In this document: piece by piece, positions 1-8,096 of the stretch
Layout: every line of letters starts with the position of its first letter
How positions within the stretch are numbered: position 1 is the stretch's first letter
IMG/VR virus record: IMGVR_UViG_3300032294_002363
Location: 1-64,000 of that record
Length of the DNA stretch: 64,000 nt
Reading direction: 5' to 3' (one strand)
Origin: a virus
Program-made: the position numbers and the translations under genes
The notes under the pieces: generated by a model
The model's input: only the letters and a program-made list of their open reading frames with translations
Told to the model about the DNA's origin: nothing
The model's database searches: none

Positions 1-2
1 AT

Positions 3-161
3 ATTGCGTCATTTAAAAAAGCGCAACAACCTATCATTGAAAATGCTAAAACTAACATCATAGAGAAAATCATAGAAAAACCAATCGAAGTCTATAAAGA
101 GTACAAAAGAGGAACAAAGAGACCACACAATCCAAATTTAGCAGATCCTAATGTAAAATAG
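3..161 (+). CDS. 3' end of a hypothetical protein (5'-truncated by the window edge)
   Basis: Open frame IASFKKAQQPIIENAK...PNLADPNVK ending at TAG 159-161; translated by hand. Confidence 0.7.
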   Translation: MASFKKAQQPIIENAKTNIIEKIIEKPIEVYKEYKRGTKRPHNPNLADPNVK

Positions 162-166
162 TGTAA
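161..166 (+). promoter_or_regulatory. GTGTAA putative phage late-promoter motif
   Basis: GTGTAA 9 nt upstream of ATG 176; the same motif precedes ~15 gene starts. Confidence 0.7.
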
Positions 167-175
167 TTATAAAAT

Positions 176-952
176 ATGGCATGTAAAAAATATTTATCAG
201 TAGGTGCACCAGACAGCTTTGCTGAATCAGATAAATGTCGTCAACAAGCAGATGTTTATGCTCAATGTTCGTGCTTAGAAGATCAAATATCTTCTATTTT
301 AGGTATGCCTGGAACTCCTATTAATAATTATGGTGGAGGATGCTATAATTTTTATTTATATAATTTATCTGACGTATGTTCAGCTTATCAAAATGGTTCC
401 TCTTTTTCATATCAAAGAAAATGTTCAACTCTTTGCGCGCTTCAAATTCCTAATCCATGCTCTGAAGCAGATATATCAACATCAGTTGGTTCATTTGAAA
501 CAGATAAAAATCAATTAGCGAATAATCATGGTCAAGCTGTACTAGATAAATATTATTCTGATATTCAACCTAAAGAAAATAAGTTTGTATCAGAGCTTTG
601 TTTAATTGAATTGCAAGCAGAAGTAGATCTTGCTAATCAAAATCCAAATATAGTAAAAGGTTGCGAAGCCCCATATGTTATTATAGAAGAAGGGCCATAT
701 AATGAAAATTTCACTACAAATACATCATTAAAATGTTTATCTTGTCAATCCAATCAAACATTACCATACTTAACATTCAAGAAAGAAAAAGATCCAGAAT
801 GGATTGCTCCTGTTCCACTACCAGAAGATTGTTCTCCTCCACCTCCTCCTCCATCACCTTCGCCATCACCAGGTTCACCAACTCCTCCGCCTCCACCTCC
901 ACCAACGCCAGGATGTATTAATGGCGGATTTTTTCTAGGTGGATTTGAGTAA
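176..952 (+). CDS. Cys-rich hypothetical protein with C-terminal poly-Pro/Ser-Pro tract
   Basis: 258-aa ORF, many Cys, PPPPPPSPSPSPGSPTPPPPPPPTP near the C-terminus. Confidence 0.8.
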   Translation: MACKKYLSVGAPDSFAESDKCRQQADVYAQCSCLEDQISSILGMPGTPINNYGGGCYNFYLYNLSDVCSAYQNGSSFSYQRKCSTLCALQIPNPCSEADISTSVGSFETDKNQLANNHGQAVLDKYYSDIQPKENKFVSELCLIELQAEVDLANQNPNIVKGCEAPYVIIEEGPYNENFTTNTSLKCLSCQSNQTLPYLTFKKEKDPEWIAPVPLPEDCSPPPPPPSPSPSPGSPTPPPPPPPTPGCINGGFFLGGFE

Positions 953-959
953 TAATAAA

Positions 960-1241
960 TTAAACTAGAGCGTAACCTTTTTTAAATTTTAAATTTAATT
1001 CAAAAGCATTAACAGCTAAACCACGATCAAATCTTTTAATAAAATTAGCTCCTTCTTTTGGCATAGGAGCAACAAACATTTTATTATCCATTCTTAAGAT
1101 AACTTGAGTAGGAAGCACAGAAACTTCCTCGATCTTCTTTTTCATTTTACTTTTAATTGCACGAGCGATAGCGCAATTTTGCGGATTTGCTTTCTCACCC
1201 TCTAGAATATTTTTATCTGTTATTTTTAGTGTTTTCTTCAT
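960..1241 (-). CDS. hypothetical phage protein
   Basis: 93-aa ORF overlapping the upstream minus-strand gene; NCAIARAI motif. Confidence 0.75.
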   Translation of the reverse strand: MKKTLKITDKNILEGEKANPQNCAIARAIKSKMKKKIEEVSVLPTQVILRMDNKMFVAPMPKEGANFIKRFDRGLAVNAFELNLKFKKGYALV

Positions 1242-1614
1242 TCTTTTCTCCGTTGTTGTTTTTATAAACTATTTCAAATGCTTTAGCTTTTGAATTTAAT
1301 AGTTTAAAAGCTGCCTCAGATTCTTTTCTTATATCTTCTTCACTTATAATCCAAAATTTGCACCAACCTTCTGGGTCTATTGGGCCTTGAATTAATTCGC
1401 ACCTTGGAGCATTGCCTTCAAGATAATAAAAAACACAATATTCACATTCAAGATTTTGTTCTTTAAATGGATTTTGAGCTGCACTTAAATATTGAATTCC
1501 ATTTGGACCTAATCCACGGTCAAAATATCCATATGTTTGTAGATTAGTTATAATCTTAAGATAAAGATCTTTTTGTCTTTCATTAAGCTTTGGAAATATA
1601 AGTCCTTCGTTCAT
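1213..1614 (-). CDS. HiPIP-like (high-potential 4Fe-4S) domain protein
   Basis: QY...NPF...CEYCVFY...RCELIQGPIDPEGWCKFW matches the HiPIP pattern C-x2-C-x(n)-C-x(n)-GWC-x2-W. Confidence 0.65.
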   Translation of the reverse strand: MNEGLIFPKLNERQKDLYLKIITNLQTYGYFDRGLGPNGIQYLSAAQNPFKEQNLECEYCVFYYLEGNAPRCELIQGPIDPEGWCKFWIISEEDIRKESEAAFKLLNSKAKAFEIVYKNNNGEKNEENTKNNR

Positions 1615-2249
1615 TTTATTTTATTTACACCATATTCATAATTGTCAGAATCTTCTGTTACCCACTTAGGGCAGTTTTCTACAGTATAAATATGACTATT
1701 TACTTTTCTTTCAATAAGATTTTCACCTTGTTTTGTAACAAAGTTAGGATCATATAGTCTTAATCTATTATTAGGTTGAATAGCAAAATTGCCATTATCA
1801 AGTTGAAGCACATGACCACATTTATGTTGCCCAGGACTTTCGCTAAATCCAAAGTTTAATTCATTAAAATCACTATGTGCCCAATCTAATGTAAATAGAT
1901 ATGTTCCAAAATGTTCTTCACCATTTCTAGAAAGAAATTTTAATTTTTTATTTTGAAATATAGAAAACTTTGTTACAGCTATGTGGTAGCTAAAACTATC
2001 CCATAATTCTAATTCATGTAAATCTTGCTCGGATATTCCTTCTTTTGTACAAAACGCGCTAATTGGCGCATGCCACCAGATTCCACCATCTTCCATGATG
2101 AAATTAAAAAGTGGAACTTGGCTTGGAAGAGACGTAACGCTAAAGATTAAAACTTGAAAATATTTATCGTGAGAGTCCTTTTGATTTCTTAAGTAGTTTC
2201 CTCTTACATAACACTCTATTGGAGGTATATTTGCGTTTAAGAATGCCAC
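1611..2249 (-). CDS. hypothetical phage protein (GTG start)
   Basis: 212-aa ORF with ATGA-type coupling to the next gene; resembles, from recall, a family common in aquatic phages (MAFLNANIPP..., QPNNR motif). Confidence 0.8.
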   Translation of the reverse strand: MAFLNANIPPIECYVRGNYLRNQKDSHDKYFQVLIFSVTSLPSQVPLFNFIMEDGGIWWHAPISAFCTKEGISEQDLHELELWDSFSYHIAVTKFSIFQNKKLKFLSRNGEEHFGTYLFTLDWAHSDFNELNFGFSESPGQHKCGHVLQLDNGNFAIQPNNRLRLYDPNFVTKQGENLIERKVNSHIYTVENCPKWVTEDSDNYEYGVNKIK

Positions 2250-2260
2250 AGTTAATTTAT

Positions 2261-2266
2261 TTACAC
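2261..2266 (-). promoter_or_regulatory. GTGTAA motif (minus strand), back-to-back with the copy at 2282
   Basis: TTACAC on the + strand, 11 nt from the GTG start at 2249. Confidence 0.7.
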
Positions 2267-2281
2267 TAAATTAAAAATATA

Positions 2282-2287
2282 GTGTAA
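2282..2287 (+). promoter_or_regulatory. GTGTAA motif upstream of phoH
   Basis: 17 nt upstream of ATG 2305. Confidence 0.7.
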
Positions 2288-2304
2288 ATTATAATGTAAG
2301 TATA

Positions 2305-3024
2305 ATGTCTAAAAAGCATAAACAAAAAGAAGATAAGTCGGTCCCTGTTCCTCAAAGAGATAAAATTGAAGGGTCTTTAAATATTCGTGAATTACAATGG
2401 ACAGAGAATCAAAAGCAATTTATACAATTGCTTCAAGCCAAGGAGACCAAGATAGTATTCTGCAAGGGACCAGCAGGAACAGCTAAAAGTCTATTATCAG
2501 TTTACGCAGCATTAAATGCTATTAACAGTAAAAAGATAGGAGAAATTTTTTATATTCGTAATCCAGTCGAAAGCTCTACTCATAACTTAGGTTTCCTAAA
2601 AGGGGATTTACATAGCAAACTTGATCCTTACCTTCAACCATTAATGGATAAACTTCATGAGTTATTACCTAAAGGACAAGCGGAAATGCTTCTAAAGCAA
2701 GAAAGAGTAAAAGGTCTACCAGTAGGATTTCTTCGTGGACTTAGCATAAATGCTAGTTATATTATTTGTGATGAGGCTCAAAATCTTAGCGTACATGATC
2801 TTCTTCTTATAACTACTCGAATGGGTAAATTTAGTAAACTTATATTAATTGGAGATATTCGTCAATCAGACATTAAGAATAGTGGATTTGAAAAAATATA
2901 TAATCTATTTGATGATAAAAAAAGCAAAGATAAGGGTATAGTCACCTTTAAATTTGGCACAGATGATATTATGCGTAATGATATTTTAGCTTATATTATT
3001 GAGAAGTTTGAAGAGTTAAAATAA
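2305..3024 (+). CDS. phoH: PhoH-like ATPase
   Basis: Walker A GPAGTAKS, RNPVE, LGFLKG, FLRG, Walker B IICDEAQN, GDxxQSD. Confidence 0.93.
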   Translation: MSKKHKQKEDKSVPVPQRDKIEGSLNIRELQWTENQKQFIQLLQAKETKIVFCKGPAGTAKSLLSVYAALNAINSKKIGEIFYIRNPVESSTHNLGFLKGDLHSKLDPYLQPLMDKLHELLPKGQAEMLLKQERVKGLPVGFLRGLSINASYIICDEAQNLSVHDLLLITTRMGKFSKLILIGDIRQSDIKNSGFEKIYNLFDDKKSKDKGIVTFKFGTDDIMRNDILAYIIEKFEELK

Positions 3025-3057
3025 AGTAAAAACAAACTAATACTAGTAAATATTTAC

Positions 3058-3086
3058 TTGATTTTTTAATTAATTTTTAATATAAT
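3058..3086 (+). promoter_or_regulatory. host sigma70-type promoter for the Zn-ribbon/sigma operon
   Basis: TTGATT-N17-TATAAT, followed by only 7 nt to ATG 3094. Confidence 0.75.
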
Positions 3087-3093
3087 TTATATT

Positions 3094-3534
3094 ATGTTAA
3101 AGATATATTGTTCAGACTGTGGTTCGCCCACAAATTACGCAGGAAATAAACCTAAATTTTGCAGTAATTGCGGAAGTCCTTTTGAGAAGAGCTTAAATAT
3201 CCAAAAACCTCTTCCAAGGGAATTACCTAAAAAAGAGGTTCCTAAAGTAGTTAAATCTACTTATATCGAAGATGAAGATGACTTCTATGATGATGAAGAA
3301 GTAAATCATGTTCCAGAGATCAATAAATTAGACTGTGACATTATTGAATCTTCTAGTCGTGGAGAAAAGCTGAGTAATCTACTTGGCACTTTAGATAATT
3401 CTGGAAGATCTGAGAGTAGTCAAAAAGGTAACAAAAAACTATCTAAACAAGATCGTAAAAAATTCTTGGAAGATTTTTCTAAAGAGGCTGGAGCAATTAA
3501 ACCAAAGACAAGAATTAGAAAAAATGCGCCATAA
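3094..3534 (+). CDS. double zinc-ribbon protein with acidic/basic tail
   Basis: CSDCG...CSNCG at the N-terminus; overlaps the sigma-factor gene. Confidence 0.8.
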   Translation: MLKIYCSDCGSPTNYAGNKPKFCSNCGSPFEKSLNIQKPLPRELPKKEVPKVVKSTYIEDEDDFYDDEEVNHVPEINKLDCDIIESSSRGEKLSNLLGTLDNSGRSESSQKGNKKLSKQDRKKFLEDFSKEAGAIKPKTRIRKNAP

Positions 3535-4207
3535 AAAATCTTCATTTGAAGATAATATAATCCAGATAAATTCCGAAATCCTAAAAAGGAAAAATAAATG
3601 GAATTTAACTGCAATATCTTGGATGGATTTTAATGACGTTTCTCAGATACTAAGAATCCATATTTATAAAAAATGGCATCTATACAATCATTCTAAACCT
3701 TTAGCTCCTTGGGTTAATAGAATAATAAGTAATCAGATTAAAAATCTTATTAGGAATAACTATAGTAATTTTAGTAGGCCTTGTTTAAAATGTGCCGCAG
3801 CAGAAGGTGAAGAAGATTGTTCGATATATACAAAACAATGCAATAGTTGTCCATTATATGCTAATTGGGAAAGAAGTAAGAAAAATGCTCACGATACAAA
3901 ACTTACATTAAGCATTGAAAATCACCAAGTTCAAATTAATAATATGCCAACTGAAAATATTGATTTGGACATAAGTATACAAAATGTACATAGTAAAATG
4001 GAAAGAGTTCTAAAACCAGTTGAATGGAAAGTATATAAGTATCTTTATATAGATGGTAAAAACGAAGAGCAGACCGCCAAATTAATGGGTTATAGAACTA
4101 GTGAAAAGAATAGGGTCGCAGGTTATAAACAAATAAAAAATATCAAAAAGAACATCATATTAAAAGTAAAAAAACATCTTTATAATGGAGATATAGATAT
4201 AGGTTGA
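3524..4207 (+). CDS. phage-encoded ECF-like RNA polymerase sigma factor with Cys4 insertion
   Basis: Region-2-like DFNDVSQ...W...PWVNRIISNQIKNLIR; CLKC...C...CNSC insertion; region-4 HTH LKPVEWKVYKYLYIDGKNEEQTAKLMG. Confidence 0.75.
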   Translation: MRHKKSSFEDNIIQINSEILKRKNKWNLTAISWMDFNDVSQILRIHIYKKWHLYNHSKPLAPWVNRIISNQIKNLIRNNYSNFSRPCLKCAAAEGEEDCSIYTKQCNSCPLYANWERSKKNAHDTKLTLSIENHQVQINNMPTENIDLDISIQNVHSKMERVLKPVEWKVYKYLYIDGKNEEQTAKLMGYRTSEKNRVAGYKQIKNIKKNIILKVKKHLYNGDIDIG

Positions 4208-4208
4208 T

Positions 4209-5303
4209 ATGAGTAATAATTTACCAGTTCTCACAGAAGAACAACAACTTAAACTTTTAACCGAATGGAATAATAGGCCAGATAATCCTCCATCTTTAGT
4301 CGAGCTTGTGCAACTAGCTTTCAATAGAGATGATTTGGACGGCAGGAGTAAAGAAGGAAAAGCTGTAAAAGAATTTTTAGCTTCAAGACAGATCAAACCA
4401 AAAAAGAGCCATGAGTATCAGCCAAAAGGATTAATCGAATTGACTTTAGAACAGAAAGAATATATTGGAAATAATTGTTCAACTATGAATGGATTGGAAA
4501 TTGCTAAGATACTTTTCAAAAACGAAGCTCTAACTAATCTATGCCAAGAGACAAGAAGTGTTCTGGAATATATAAAGACTTTACCTACAAACATAAAATA
4601 TAATAATCAAGATAATGAAAATATTCCTACCGAAGAATATCGTCCACCAAAAAGTGAAGAAAGGATGATAGCAAAGATTAATAGATATATACTTGATGGC
4701 ATAGATAAGAATAAACTAACTCATAAGAATAAAAAAGAAATTAGCTCATTAATTGGCTATATGAATACTTACAGATTTTCTCACCAAATAAATCTCTATG
4801 ATGATGAGAAAGATCGTGAACTTTTTGAAAGTAGTTTTGTTAGGTATACATACGATAAAAGCGATTTAACTCAAGAAGAGGTAGATCAATATATCGTGCT
4901 TTCTACAGAAGTTGTTATCTCTTCTAATATTCAACAGACAATTAACGTCTTGCAAAATCAGATCGATATGGCAATACAAGAAGATGGTAAAATTCCAATG
5001 GCATTAGTTGAAGCAAGTAATACTGCTCGCAAGGAGTATAATGACTGCGTTAATCGTCAGCAGAAACTTCTTAATGATCTTAAAATTAAGAGAAGTGAAA
5101 AACTTAGCAAACAAGTAAAGGAAACAGCCTCGATTATTAATTTAGTTCAAATGTGGAAAGAAGAGGAAAGCAGAAATAAATTACTAAAAATGGCCGAAAT
5201 GAGAAAGCAAGTTGTTGAAAAAGAGATAGATCGCTTATCTTCCATGGATGAAATAAAAGCTAAAATATTAGGAATTTCAAAAGATGAAATTTTAAATGGA
5301 TGA
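4209..5303 (+). CDS. hypothetical protein, coiled-coil C-terminus (possible terminase small subunit)
   Basis: 364-aa ORF two genes upstream of TerL; function inferred from position only. Confidence 0.5.
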   Translation: MSNNLPVLTEEQQLKLLTEWNNRPDNPPSLVELVQLAFNRDDLDGRSKEGKAVKEFLASRQIKPKKSHEYQPKGLIELTLEQKEYIGNNCSTMNGLEIAKILFKNEALTNLCQETRSVLEYIKTLPTNIKYNNQDNENIPTEEYRPPKSEERMIAKINRYILDGIDKNKLTHKNKKEISSLIGYMNTYRFSHQINLYDDEKDRELFESSFVRYTYDKSDLTQEEVDQYIVLSTEVVISSNIQQTINVLQNQIDMAIQEDGKIPMALVEASNTARKEYNDCVNRQQKLLNDLKIKRSEKLSKQVKETASIINLVQMWKEEESRNKLLKMAEMRKQVVEKEIDRLSSMDEIKAKILGISKDEILNG

Positions 5304-6235
5304 GCGTAATATGTAAAATTGATGGCAAGGAATTTAAGGATGAAAAAAGTCTTCATCTGGCATTAAAGGGTTATGGACTAAACAAAGTAAAATACTATCA
5401 AACTTATTATGAGCGCAGAGATCTATTAACAAATGAATTAATTAATTTTAAATCAAAAGAGCAGTATCTTAATAGTGATTTTAATGACAAGAATAATATG
5501 AAGAGATGGCTCAAAGAGCAGCCAACAGATAAAGCTCAAGAATACTGTAAGCAACTTTTAATAAAAAGAAAAGAATCAAAAAATTTAATATATTCTCCTA
5601 CCCAAGTAGAATTAAGGACAATAATGGCTCCGTCTATTATATTCTACAATAAGATATTCCAAGATTACTATGATATATGTTCTTATATAGGCTTAGAGAA
5701 TAAATTTGTTCATCCCAAATTAGTTAATGATAACTTTAAAAATAAATTAACTCAGAAAGATATCATATATGTTGATACTCGTGAGCAAAGCTGGCTAAAA
5801 TTTAATACTCCATTTGAGATTAAAACATTATCATTTGGAGATTACGCTTGTTCTAATGATAATTGTGGATGCTTTATAGAAAGAAAAAGCCTTAGCGATT
5901 TTATAAGTACTCTTAGCGTAAAAAACTTTGATCGTTTTAAAAATGAAATCGAAAAGGCTAAAAAGAATAACTCTTATGTTATTGTGATGGTTGAAGAAAC
6001 TTTGCAAAATGCCTTAAGCTTTCAATATCTTCCTCATATAAGTAAAAAGATTAAAGCTACGCCAGAGTACATATTCCATAACGTTAGAGAGTTATTACAG
6101 GCATATGATAATCTTCAATTCCTTTTTGTTGACGGAAGAAAAGAGATGACTAGATTAATAGAGGCTATATTTGCAAGTAAATGTTTTTATAAAAAGATAG
6201 ATTTACAATTAGCTTATGATATGAAAATTTTATGA
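5300..6235 (+). CDS. ERCC4/XPF-Mus81-type nuclease domain protein
   Basis: VDTREQ, GDY and IERKSLSD (ERKx3D) catalytic motifs. Confidence 0.8.
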   Translation: MSVICKIDGKEFKDEKSLHLALKGYGLNKVKYYQTYYERRDLLTNELINFKSKEQYLNSDFNDKNNMKRWLKEQPTDKAQEYCKQLLIKRKESKNLIYSPTQVELRTIMAPSIIFYNKIFQDYYDICSYIGLENKFVHPKLVNDNFKNKLTQKDIIYVDTREQSWLKFNTPFEIKTLSFGDYACSNDNCGCFIERKSLSDFISTLSVKNFDRFKNEIEKAKKNNSYVIVMVEETLQNALSFQYLPHISKKIKATPEYIFHNVRELLQAYDNLQFLFVDGRKEMTRLIEAIFASKCFYKKIDLQLAYDMKIL

Positions 6236-8076
6236 TATATTGTCCAGATAAATATATAAAAGAGATTAAAGATGTTAATGCTGAATTATCAGAATTGAAG
6301 GGTTATCTTAATGATAAAGAAGCTAAGATTAGTTTAGCAAAATTTTTAAGAGCAAACCTTGGATTTGCAACAGAGTTAATAAGCGGAGTAAAACTTGCGC
6401 CATATCAAGAAATTCATCTTAAAGCTCTTATGAATAGGAATTTCAATATGTGTGTATTTGGTCGTGGTTGCGGTAAGTCTTTCATGGGCGCAGTTTTTTG
6501 TTTTCTACAATGTGTATTTGAACCAAATACTAAGATTCTTATAGCTGGCCCTACATTTAGAACTGCAAGATTTATTTTTAATAATTTAGAAAAAATAGTT
6601 CAGAGTCCAGGAGCAGAATTACTCGCACAATGTTTTGGAGCGAAAGCTAAAAGAAACGATCAGTTTGAATGGCAAATTAATGGAGGAAGTATTGTAGCTA
6701 TCCCATTAAATGGAGAAAAGATCCGAGGATTTCGAGCAAATATTCTTGTACTTGACGAGTTTCTACTATTACCCGAAGAGATCATAAAAAATGTTCTTAT
6801 GCCATTCTTGGTTGCGCCACAAAACATGAAGGAAAGAATGGAGATTAGAGAGTTTGAAGATAAACTAATAGCAGAAGGGATAATGCAAGAAAAAGATAGA
6901 ATGGTTTTCGAAAATACAAGTAAAATGATCGCTCTTTCTTCCGCTAGTTATACATTTGAGAATTTATATAAAACTTATACAGAATGGTGCGAAAAGATAA
7001 CAAGTCAAGAAAAAGGAGAAGCGACATACTTTGTAAGCCAATTAAGTTATGAAGCGCTCCCAGAGGAGATGATTGATAAAACTATTATCGAAGAAGCTCA
7101 AGCTGGAGGATCAAGTCATAGCGGATTCTTGCGAGAGTATTGCGCGCAATTTACTGATGGAAGCGATAGTTATTTTAATGCAAAAAAGATGGAAGAATGT
7201 ACTCTCAAGGTTGGAGAAGCGCCACACACCTTAATGAAGGGAGATCCAGATAAAAAATATATTTTAGGAATAGATCCTAATATGAGCGATAGCCCTAACG
7301 CTGACTATTTTGCTATGGCAGTTATGGAATTAGACGAAGAAAAGAAGCAGGGAATTCTTGTTCATACTTATGCTGGACTTGGTAATCTAAAAAATCATGT
7401 AAACTATTTGCATTATATTTTAAATAATTTTAATATTGTGTTTATGATTCTTGATAATGCTGGTGCGGATACATTTTTATCTGCATGTAACGAATCAACT
7501 TTATTTAAGAAAGATAGATTGGAGATCAAAACTATCAATTTTAATTCAGAACTCGAAGGTGGAGACTATGAACATGAAATAAGATCAGCAAAAAATCAAT
7601 ATAATTTACAAGACAAAAAGATAGCTTTTAATCAAGTCTTTACTAGTAACTTTATTCGTAAATCTAATGAATATCTTCAAGCTTGTATAGATTATAAAAA
7701 AGTATGGTTCGCTAGTAGAACAAGTTCTGATGAAAAATCATTTAATGAAACTATAAATTTAAATATTCCTTTAGAACTAATGAAAACAGAAGATAAGAAA
7801 GATTGGACATTATTAGACTTTATAGAAAATCAAGATGACTTTATATATCAAACAAAAAAGCAATGTGTTCTGATTGAGCATTCAGCCACAAGTAGAGGTA
7901 CTCAAAGCTTTGATCTACCACAACATCTTAAAAGAAGCGTATCTGCAAATAAAGCTAGAAAAGATAATTATTCAGCATTTATGTTAGCAAATTGGGCTGT
8001 TAAGTGCTATAATGATATAATGAGCGCGCAAAAAGTACAGCAATCCCCCACTTTTTCGCCTATAATGCTTGGATAA
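6232..8076 (+). CDS. terL: terminase large subunit
   Basis: GRGCGKS Walker A, RGFRANILVLDE Walker B, REYCAQF, C-terminal RNase H-like GIDP...D and KDNYSA motifs. Confidence 0.92.
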   Translation: MIYCPDKYIKEIKDVNAELSELKGYLNDKEAKISLAKFLRANLGFATELISGVKLAPYQEIHLKALMNRNFNMCVFGRGCGKSFMGAVFCFLQCVFEPNTKILIAGPTFRTARFIFNNLEKIVQSPGAELLAQCFGAKAKRNDQFEWQINGGSIVAIPLNGEKIRGFRANILVLDEFLLLPEEIIKNVLMPFLVAPQNMKERMEIREFEDKLIAEGIMQEKDRMVFENTSKMIALSSASYTFENLYKTYTEWCEKITSQEKGEATYFVSQLSYEALPEEMIDKTIIEEAQAGGSSHSGFLREYCAQFTDGSDSYFNAKKMEECTLKVGEAPHTLMKGDPDKKYILGIDPNMSDSPNADYFAMAVMELDEEKKQGILVHTYAGLGNLKNHVNYLHYILNNFNIVFMILDNAGADTFLSACNESTLFKKDRLEIKTINFNSELEGGDYEHEIRSAKNQYNLQDKKIAFNQVFTSNFIRKSNEYLQACIDYKKVWFASRTSSDEKSFNETINLNIPLELMKTEDKKDWTLLDFIENQDDFIYQTKKQCVLIEHSATSRGTQSFDLPQHLKRSVSANKARKDNYSAFMLANWAVKCYNDIMSAQKVQQSPTFSPIMLG

Positions 8077-8077
8077 T

Positions 8078-8083
8078 GTGTAA
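8078..8083 (+). promoter_or_regulatory. GTGTAA motif upstream of portal
   Basis: 13 nt upstream of ATG 8097. Confidence 0.7.
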
Positions 8084-8096
8084 TATTTAAGACAAA

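Noticed and set aside
6232-8076. Intein or intron in terminase large subunit
   Set aside because: Length and motif spacing are ordinary; no C/S...HN splice motifs or LAGLIDADG/HNH insert seen
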